Below, piece by piece: positions 48,967 through 56,233 of a DNA stretch of 59,163 nt. The position numbers and the translations under genes were made by a program. The notes beneath the pieces are model-generated. The model was not told the DNA's origin. It made no database searches and saw only the letters and a list, made by a program, of their open reading frames with translations. The number at the start of each line of letters is the position of its first letter. Positions within the stretch are counted from its first letter, which is position 1. This stretch comes from Minisyncoccota bacterium (GTDB lineage: Bacteria; Patescibacteriota; Minisyncoccia; Phycocordibacterales; DATDWN01), in assembly GCA_036517395.1 (NCBI GenBank), contig DATDWN010000001.1, positions 1 through 59,163 of the forward strand. Direction: 5' to 3'.

Positions 48967-51120
48967 TTACTGATATCCATTTTGAGCTGCCCATACACGA
49001 ATAGGGTATTCCCAGTTAGTGAATTGAGAATCGCTAGTTACAGGCATTGTGATTGGCCCTCGAGGGTCGTTTTTATTTAACCAGTATAGTATAGTGTGAA
49101 CACCGCCAGAAAGCATCTCTGTTCCCGTGTTGGATGGGGCTAGGGGATCTATTACTCCCGGGATAACTGTCGATGTACCACCTTCCCATTTACCACGAAG
49201 GACAGGTTTAAGATCATAAGAGTCCTCTACCAGAGGTTTGTTGAAGCTTTCTATTGGTACTGTTTTCAGCGCCTCATCCATGAAGGCTCGCCACATAGGA
49301 GCCACAATAAGACCAGAGACTTTTTTGGCCATTGGTGTGTTGTTATTATTTCCAGCCCATGTTCCGACAACAACACTCGGCGTGTATCCTATTGTCCACG
49401 CATCTTTGTAGTCATTTGTGGTACCTGTTTTGACAGCCACATCACGGTCGCCAAAATAAATGACAGAATTTGCTCCGTATAGAGGAGTGCGAGCAATGTT
49501 ATCGTTTAAAATATCAGAAATTTTTCTGGCTATTTCCGGCTCCATGACATGACTTGACTTGGGTGTCAGCTCCTCCAATATTTTTCCGTCCTTGTCCTCA
49601 ACTTTTAATATTCCTGTATACGGATTGCGAACTCCTTCTGTTGCGAAAACACCATAAGCCGACGTCATATCCAAAAGAGAAACCTCACCACCTCCAAGAA
49701 CCAAGGTCAGACCGTATTGATTCGGGTTGCCCAAGCTTTTTATACCCATATTTTCTGCCAGATCGATAGAATCTTGTATGCCGGCTAAATAGAGAACTTT
49801 TACAGACGGTACGTTTATTGATTGAGCCAGAGCGTTGCGGAGAGTCATGGACCCCCTGAATTTGTCGTCATAGTTTTGTGGGGAGTAGCATCCGTTATCG
49901 TTTGTCAGATTATCGGGCTGGCATTTGGCGGAAAATTGTGTTGGTAGGTCAAACAAAACAGTTTCTGGTGTGTAGCCTTTTATAAAAGCCTCGGCATAGA
50001 CGAAGGGTTTGAAAGTTGATCCAGGTTGTCTGTGGGCTGTAGTCACATTAAACTGGCCGTCTATTTTTGTATCAAAGTAGTCGCGGGAGCCGACCATTGT
50101 CAGTATGCCACCAGTTTTCGGATCTATAGCCACGAAGGCGTCGTTTGAGCCGTTGAAGTTCACCTCGTTTGTTTTGGCGTATTTTTCGGCTATGGCTTCT
50201 CCCTTGGCTTGAAGTTCGTAGTTTAGCGTGGTTGTTATCTTGAGGCCTCCTTGCTCCAAGACATCGGTACCGTATTTGTTTTCCAAATAATCTTTTATAA
50301 ACATGACAAAGTGCGGAGCTTTTATGTTACCGCTGGATTTTGGAAGGAACACAACTTTTTCTTTGAGGGCGTCATCATATTCGCTCTGGTTTATTTTTCC
50401 ATCACTAAGCATTTCTCGGAGGACTAGGTTTTTTCTTTGGTCCAGAGCGTCTCTGTGCAGTCCGTAAGGAGAATAGTATGTCGGAGCCTGAGGAAGGGCT
50501 GCCAAATACGCAGCTTGGGCAATGTTCACAGCGCTAGAGGTTGTGGCAAAAAAAGTCTGGGAGGCTTCTTCTACTCCATAAACACTACCACCATAAGGAA
50601 TCTCGTTTAGGTACATGCTAAATATCTGGTCCTTGGTTAAAACTTTTTCGAGCTTCAAGGCCAAAACAATTTCCTTCAATTTTCTTGTTGGTGTTTTGTC
50701 TCCGGTTAAAATAGAGTTTTTAACCACTTGCTGGGTTATGGTTGATGCCCCTTGGGTAAACTTTAATGAGATGATATCTATGGCTATGGCTCGAAGCATA
50801 GATGTTGGTTTTATACCATGATGTGTGTAAAAGCCTTTGTCTTCAATGGACATGGTAGCGTCTTTTATGTTTTTGGATATATCTTCAAATGGTACGATCT
50901 GGCGTTTTGTGTTTTTATAAACATCATAGAGCAGGATTTTGCCAGTACTGTCGTAGATTTTGGTAGATTGGCTTACTTTTCTTTGCTCTATGGTGTCGAG
51001 TGATGGAATTTGAAAAGTTGAGACCCAGATTAGCATAATACCCACAAGCAATACCCCGCAAGAGAATAGAAATATGACGATATTTCGAATACCATGTTTC
51101 TTGAAAAAGCCTTTAATCAT
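48967..51120 (-). CDS. Class A penicillin-binding protein (glycosyltransferase + transpeptidase)
   Basis: GT51 motifs EDKGFYTHHG, GASTITQQ, RKLKE. Transpeptidase SxxK (GSTFKP), SxN, KTGT. Confidence 0.9.
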   Translation of the reverse strand: MIKGFFKKHGIRNIVIFLFSCGVLLVGIMLIWVSTFQIPSLDTIEQRKVSQSTKIYDSTGKILLYDVYKNTKRQIVPFEDISKNIKDATMSIEDKGFYTHHGIKPTSMLRAIAIDIISLKFTQGASTITQQVVKNSILTGDKTPTRKLKEIVLALKLEKVLTKDQIFSMYLNEIPYGGSVYGVEEASQTFFATTSSAVNIAQAAYLAALPQAPTYYSPYGLHRDALDQRKNLVLREMLSDGKINQSEYDDALKEKVVFLPKSSGNIKAPHFVMFIKDYLENKYGTDVLEQGGLKITTTLNYELQAKGEAIAEKYAKTNEVNFNGSNDAFVAIDPKTGGILTMVGSRDYFDTKIDGQFNVTTAHRQPGSTFKPFVYAEAFIKGYTPETVLFDLPTQFSAKCQPDNLTNDNGCYSPQNYDDKFRGSMTLRNALAQSINVPSVKVLYLAGIQDSIDLAENMGIKSLGNPNQYGLTLVLGGGEVSLLDMTSAYGVFATEGVRNPYTGILKVEDKDGKILEELTPKSSHVMEPEIARKISDILNDNIARTPLYGANSVIYFGDRDVAVKTGTTNDYKDAWTIGYTPSVVVGTWAGNNNNTPMAKKVSGLIVAPMWRAFMDEALKTVPIESFNKPLVEDSYDLKPVLRGKWEGGTSTVIPGVIDPLAPSNTGTEMLSGGVHTILYWLNKNDPRGPITMPVTSDSQFTNWEYPIRVWAAQNGYQ

Positions 51121-51160
51121 AAGCTTTCTAATTTTAGCACATTTATGATAAAGTAATTAT

Positions 51161-52375
51161 ATGTTTAATTTTTCCAAACAAAAAGTTATAACCGACGAAA
51201 ACAAGATTGAGCACCTTCTTCTTCGCGGAGTGGATAAAATTTACCCTTCAAAGGAGACCTTGAAAAAAGTTTTGCTTTCGGGAAAGAGACTTCGGCTATA
51301 TCAAGGCTTTGATCCTACAGGAGACAAACTTCATTTAGGTCATATGGTTGGTTTTCGTAAGCATCGAGAATGGCAGGATCTTGGACATGAAGTCATTTTT
51401 CTTATTGGTGATGGAACAGGACAAGCTGGTGATCCATCTGGAAAGAAAAAAACAAGAGAAAAGTTTTTTACCAATGATGAACTGCGAGCAAATGCTAAAG
51501 GTTACCTTGCTCAAGCATCAAAAATTGTTCGTTTCAATGGTCCAAATCCTATAAAAATTCTTTACAATGGTGATTGGCTGAATAAGTTGACCTTGATAGA
51601 TATTCTCGACATTGCTCAAAATTTTTCCGTCCAACAGCTGATAGAAAGAGATATGTTCCAAGACCGTATAAAGGCAGGAGAGTCCATAAACCTCCGTGAA
51701 TTTTTATACCCCCTCCTTCAGGGTTATGACTCAGTTGCTATGGATGTGGATTTGGAATTGGGTGGTTCTGATCAGACATTTAATATGTTAGCGGGACGCA
51801 CACTAATGAAAACCATGAAAGGTAAGGAAAAGTTTGTAATGACCACCCCCCTACTTTCAGACTCAAAGGGAGTAAAAATCGGCAAAAGTGAAGGTAACGT
51901 TATCGGCCTGACTGACGAGCCTGCAGATTTATTTGGCAAGATTATGTCTTTGGGGGACGACGCCATTGTCCCTATGTTTAAGCTTCTGACTGACTTACCT
52001 CTGGAAGAGATTGATTTGTTTGACGTGGGAAAAGATCCTCTAGTTCTGAAGAAAAGAATTGCTCATATTTTAGTGGCACAACTTAATTCGGAAGAGGAGG
52101 CCAAAGCCGCCCAAGAGAATTTCGAAAACACTTTCGGTAAGGGTGGTGTGCCGGATGATATAGCTGAGGTTAGTGTAGAAAAAGACACCTCACTCATAGA
52201 TGTTCTGGTGGAACAAAAAATAGTGTCTTCCAAAACAGAGTTCCGTAGGCTTATTTCCGAGGGAGCTATAAGCAATATGAACATGGGAGAAAAAATCGCA
52301 GACCCAGAAATCAAAGTAGTTTCTGGCACTTACAAAATAGGCAAGAGAAGATTTATAAAAATCAACACATTATAA
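51161..52375 (+). CDS. tyrS: Tyrosyl-tRNA synthetase
   Basis: GFDPTGDKLHLGHMV (HIGH), KIGKSEG (KMSKS-like), C-terminal S4-like domain. Confidence 0.85.
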   Translation: MFNFSKQKVITDENKIEHLLLRGVDKIYPSKETLKKVLLSGKRLRLYQGFDPTGDKLHLGHMVGFRKHREWQDLGHEVIFLIGDGTGQAGDPSGKKKTREKFFTNDELRANAKGYLAQASKIVRFNGPNPIKILYNGDWLNKLTLIDILDIAQNFSVQQLIERDMFQDRIKAGESINLREFLYPLLQGYDSVAMDVDLELGGSDQTFNMLAGRTLMKTMKGKEKFVMTTPLLSDSKGVKIGKSEGNVIGLTDEPADLFGKIMSLGDDAIVPMFKLLTDLPLEEIDLFDVGKDPLVLKKRIAHILVAQLNSEEEAKAAQENFENTFGKGGVPDDIAEVSVEKDTSLIDVLVEQKIVSSKTEFRRLISEGAISNMNMGEKIADPEIKVVSGTYKIGKRRFIKINTL

Positions 52376-52404
52376 TTTTTCAAATCTGAGACAAGGTCGC
52401 ATTA

Positions 52405-52526
52405 TAAACTTCCAAATTTGGGTGAAATCCGACGTGAGAAATTAAAAAGGCGAGGAGCCTTACTCGTTGTAAGGTGACGAGAATTTTTAATTTGGGAACG
52501 AGGAGTTCGCCAAATTTGGAAGTTTA
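52405..52526. repeat. Long hairpin between convergent genes (likely bidirectional terminator)
   Basis: Perfect 17-bp arms TAAACTTCCAAATTTGG / CCAAATTTGGAAGTTTA enclosing a GC-rich branched core. Confidence 0.7.
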
Positions 52527-52527
52527 C

Positions 52528-52722
52528 TTACCAAAGATCTTTGTCGTCAAACTCATCTTCGGGTAGTATCGCATCCTCTTCCTCAGCCAACTCATCGAGA
52601 GAGTCGTCTCCATCCAAACCTTTTGATTTTTTCTTGCCAGGAGTCAGTGAATCATCATCATCCACACTCAAGTCGACATCATCCTCAACTTCTGCATCAT
52701 CTTTTATCTCATCGTCATTCAT
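52528..52722 (-). CDS. Small highly acidic protein
   Basis: 64 aa, MNDDEIKDDAEVEDDVDLSVDDDD... Start at the ATG 11 nt downstream of the Family B element end. Confidence 0.55.
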   Translation of the reverse strand: MNDDEIKDDAEVEDDVDLSVDDDDSLTPGKKKSKGLDGDDSLDELAEEEDAILPEDEFDDKDLW

Positions 52723-52732
52723 TTTATTTTTT

Positions 52733-52866
52733 ATCCGCACACCAACTTCTGTCTCGTTGCCCTGTCTCAGAGTTTAGTTGTACATCTCTATTTTAGAGAT
52801 AAAAACTAACTTCGCAAAGCTTTCAATGTCGCAACACAGAGACAAGACAGAAGTTAGTGTGCGGAT
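52733..52866 (-). repeat. Family B hairpin element (copy 3)
   Basis: ATCCGCACACCAACTTCTGTCT... / ...AGACAGAAGTTAGTGTGCGGAT. On the minus strand it ends GTGTGCGGATAAAAAATAAA-ATG. Confidence 0.75.
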
Positions 52867-53090
52867 GAATATTTTATTAATCATTACTCGGCATATTTGT
52901 ATCAAATTGTATATTTTTTGCAAACATCTTATCCAACTCAATTTGTGGATAACTTTTTATCTGCGACGAGAGAGGAGCGCGTGAATGTGTAATCACATTC
53001 ACAGCGTCCGAACGAGGAGTAGCAATGGTAAAAACCCCGCCCCTCTGGGGCGGAACAGGGGTCCAGGACTTGCCCTGGGGTTTCATACCA

Positions 53091-53125
53091 TTGATTGAAA
53101 ATTGCAAAATTGATAATTGAAAATT
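53091..53125. repeat. Family A element, right half only
   Basis: TTGATTGAAAATTGCAAAATTGATAATTGAAAATT, identical to the right end of copy 1. Confidence 0.65.
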
Positions 53126-53143
53126 ATGTGATAACATGAGCTC

Positions 53144-54109
53144 ATGTTTATTGATGAACTCACGGTTAATATTTGGTCAGGATGTGGTGGAGACGGTATT
53201 GTTTCTTGGATGCACGAAAAAGGTAGAGATCATGCCGGGCCGGGCGGTGGTGACGGAGGCAAGGGTGGTAGCGTCTATCTCAAAGGCGTTCAAGATATAG
53301 GCCGTCTTTCTGAATATCGTTTCATAAAAGACTTCAAAGCCGAAGATGGCGGTAGGGGCCAGAACAACCGTATGCATGGAAGGGCCGGTAAGGATATCAC
53401 TATTGAGTTACCCATAGGTAGTGTGGTTACAAACACAGAAACAGGAGAGTTTTTGGAGATTTTAAACACGGAATTAGTATTTTTTCTGAAAGGTGGCTGG
53501 GGTGGTTTTGGAAACGATCACTTTAAGGGCCCTAAAAATATAAGACCAAAAGAAAAAACCTTGGGAAAAGATGCGGTGGGTGGGGAGTTTTTTATTGAAT
53601 TAAAATTGGTTGTAGATCTCGGGTTGGTTGGACTTCCAAATGCTGGCAAATCAAGTCTTCTAAATGCCGTAACAGCCGCAAAAGCAAAAGTAGGAAGTTA
53701 TCAGTTTACAACTCTTGCACCAAATCTCGGTGAGTTGTATGGGTTTGTCATCGCAGATATTCCCGGACTTATAGAGGGCGCTGGAGAAGGCAAAGGTCTT
53801 GGGCACAAGTTTCTGCGCCACATATCTCGCACAAAAGTTTTACTTCATTGTATTTCTTGTGAGCACGAAAATCCGAAAAAGGCGTACAATATTATTCGAG
53901 ATGAGTTAAAAAAATATGACCCAGATCTTTTGGATAAAACCGAAATAATTTTATTTACAAAAACAGATTTGATAGATGAAAAAAAGCTGAAATCATGGAC
54001 CAAACTATTTAGTAAGTCTCATAAACACATCCTGAATGTTTCCATTGTTGATGATGTTTCTATAAAGGTGTTGGGAGATGAATTGGTAAAGATTATGCGA
54101 GGGTTGTAA
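53144..54109 (+). CDS. obg: GTPase Obg/CgtA
   Basis: Gly-rich Obg fold (GGDGGKGGSVYL, GGWGGFGN) and G1 motif GLPNAGKSSLL. Confidence 0.9.
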   Translation: MFIDELTVNIWSGCGGDGIVSWMHEKGRDHAGPGGGDGGKGGSVYLKGVQDIGRLSEYRFIKDFKAEDGGRGQNNRMHGRAGKDITIELPIGSVVTNTETGEFLEILNTELVFFLKGGWGGFGNDHFKGPKNIRPKEKTLGKDAVGGEFFIELKLVVDLGLVGLPNAGKSSLLNAVTAAKAKVGSYQFTTLAPNLGELYGFVIADIPGLIEGAGEGKGLGHKFLRHISRTKVLLHCISCEHENPKKAYNIIRDELKKYDPDLLDKTEIILFTKTDLIDEKKLKSWTKLFSKSHKHILNVSIVDDVSIKVLGDELVKIMRGL

Positions 54110-54119
54110 TATATAAGAC

Positions 54120-55604
54120 ATGAAGGATAACTACAAGATGACGGTTGGGCTTGAGATACACGCCGAGCTAAAGACTCAAAGTAAGATGTTTTGTGGTTGT
54201 CTAAACCAATCTGGAGGATTGGTCGACCGAACAGCTGAAGCTGTTTTAGGTGCAAATTCGGAAGAAAGTAACAAATCACCAAATATTCATATTTGCCCTG
54301 TTTGTATGGGATATCCCGGGACATTGCCCACAATAAACAAAGAAGCGATAAAAAAAGTGCTCTTGGTTGGTTTGGCTCTTGGTGGAAAGATTGCTGATTT
54401 TACCGAATTTGACCGCAAGAGCTACTTTTACCCAGATATTCCCAAGGGCTATCAGATAAGTCAGTATAAACACCCTCTAGTACAAGGTGGAACCTTGAAC
54501 GGTATTGAACTAACCCGCATCCATCTGGAAGAAGACACAGCTCGTTCGACCCACGACATCGCAGACGCCAGTTTAGTTGACTATAACAGAGCCGGGGTGC
54601 CTCTGATGGAGCTTGTAACAGAACCTGTAATACATAGCAGCGAAGAGGCGACAAAGTTTGCCAAAGAACTCCAACTAGTTTTGCAGTATTTAGGTGTGTC
54701 AGATGCAAACATGGAGAAGGGTGAGATGAGGGTGGAGGTTAATATGTCAGTGTCAAAAACAGAAACGCTTGGCACGAAAGTTGAAGTAAAAAATATAAAC
54801 TCGTTTCGGGCCGTGGGAAAAGCTATTGACTTTGAATTTGAGAGACAGACCGCTTTACTGGAGAAAGGAGAGAGTGTGGTTCAAGAGACGAGAGGTTGGG
54901 ATGAAAACAAAGAAAAAACATTTTCACAAAGATCGAAGGAGTCGGCCCATGATTACAGATATTTCGGAGAGCCAGATCTTCCAAAACTAAAACTTTCCGA
55001 AGTGGAAGAATTTTCCAAAGAAGAATTAAAAAAATCTCTCTTGGAATTACCCTCGGAAAAAAGATTACGTTTCAAAAAAGATTTCGATTTAAAATCAGAA
55101 GATATCGAAACATATATAAACAACAAAGAGGCTGATAAATTTTTTACAGAAGTCGTGGAGAGGTTTGTGGCAGGAAAAGAAGTGAGTCTTAAAACTGCAT
55201 CAAACTACATCACATCTGACGTGATGGGACTTTCCAAATCTGTTGGCAGTTTTTTTTCATTGGGACAAATTACTCCAGATAATTTTGCAAAACTTATAAC
55301 CATGATTAGCGGGGGAGAGCTGTCTTCTCGTGGAGCTAAGGATATATTGAAGATAATGTTTGAAGAAGGTGGAGATCCAACGGTCATTGCAAACGAAAAA
55401 GGACTGATTCAAAAAAACAACAGAGCGGAAATTCAAAAAATAATGGAGGAAATTATTTCAAGCAATCAAGAAAGTGTTGTCTTGTATAAAAATGGCAAAG
55501 AATCAATACTACAGTTTTTTGTGGGCCTTGGTATGAAGGCCATGAAGGGAAGCGGTAACCCAGAAATGATAAAAACTGTCGTTCTTGAACTGTTGACAAA
55601 ATGA
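54120..55604 (+). CDS. gatB: Asp/Glu-tRNA amidotransferase subunit B
   Basis: VGLEIHAELKTQSKMFCGC...CPVCMGYPGTLP, RIHLEEDTA, C-terminal YqeY-like tail. Confidence 0.9.
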   Translation: MKDNYKMTVGLEIHAELKTQSKMFCGCLNQSGGLVDRTAEAVLGANSEESNKSPNIHICPVCMGYPGTLPTINKEAIKKVLLVGLALGGKIADFTEFDRKSYFYPDIPKGYQISQYKHPLVQGGTLNGIELTRIHLEEDTARSTHDIADASLVDYNRAGVPLMELVTEPVIHSSEEATKFAKELQLVLQYLGVSDANMEKGEMRVEVNMSVSKTETLGTKVEVKNINSFRAVGKAIDFEFERQTALLEKGESVVQETRGWDENKEKTFSQRSKESAHDYRYFGEPDLPKLKLSEVEEFSKEELKKSLLELPSEKRLRFKKDFDLKSEDIETYINNKEADKFFTEVVERFVAGKEVSLKTASNYITSDVMGLSKSVGSFFSLGQITPDNFAKLITMISGGELSSRGAKDILKIMFEEGGDPTVIANEKGLIQKNNRAEIQKIMEEIISSNQESVVLYKNGKESILQFFVGLGMKAMKGSGNPEMIKTVVLELLTK

Positions 55605-55621
55605 TTTTTTGTTTTCCGTTA

Positions 55622-55864
55622 CTATTCTTCTAAGTGCTTCACAATAAGCTTTCTAACCTCCTTTTTGCTACTTTTTCTCTGTCCCGTTCCGGTTTCTATC
55701 TCTGAAATAACGCTCTCCAAATCTTCAATTCTGTAGACTCTATAGTTGTTCATGGGATGACGGTGTGCTCTCAGTTTGCCGTCATTATCCCAGTTACGAA
55801 GAGTCATAGCTGAGACCCCCAATATTTTAGACGCCTGCTTAATTGTTATGTATTGATTAGCCAT
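55622..55864 (-). CDS. MerR/excisionase-type HTH DNA-binding protein
   Basis: ITIKQASKILGVSAMTLRNWDNDGKLRAHRHPMNNYRVY. Confidence 0.7.
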   Translation of the reverse strand: MANQYITIKQASKILGVSAMTLRNWDNDGKLRAHRHPMNNYRVYRIEDLESVISEIETGTGQRKSSKKEVRKLIVKHLEE

Positions 55865-56233
55865 ACATTTATAAACATTACTAAAGATTAATAATTATTT
55901 TACAAAGTTTATAAAAACTTATCAAGCTCTGGTGTTGATAAGTTTTTAATGTGACCAGTTTGATTTTTGACATAGATTGACATAGATTTGGTTTTTATAT
56001 TCTCCAAATTTATTAAAGTATCATTTATCATTCATTTACTCTATCTCGGATGGAATATTTTCATATAAATTAACCTTCAAATTTTTACTTTCTTATCTCT
56101 TTTTAGAGATTATAAATTTAAAAATTATAGATTATTTTATTATCATCTTGTCTAGCCGAGATTGCCCGAGAAATCTTTTGTTATCCACACATTTTTTCAC
56201 TTCTGTACTCTTTCAAATCGTATAATTTTGTTA

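Noticed and set aside
22297-53125. Family A AATTTTCAATTTTC-type repeats considered as a possible CRISPR array
   Set aside because: Copies are single and dispersed between genes, and each is internally palindromic (~110-130 bp). There is no repeat-spacer periodicity and no cas gene in the window.
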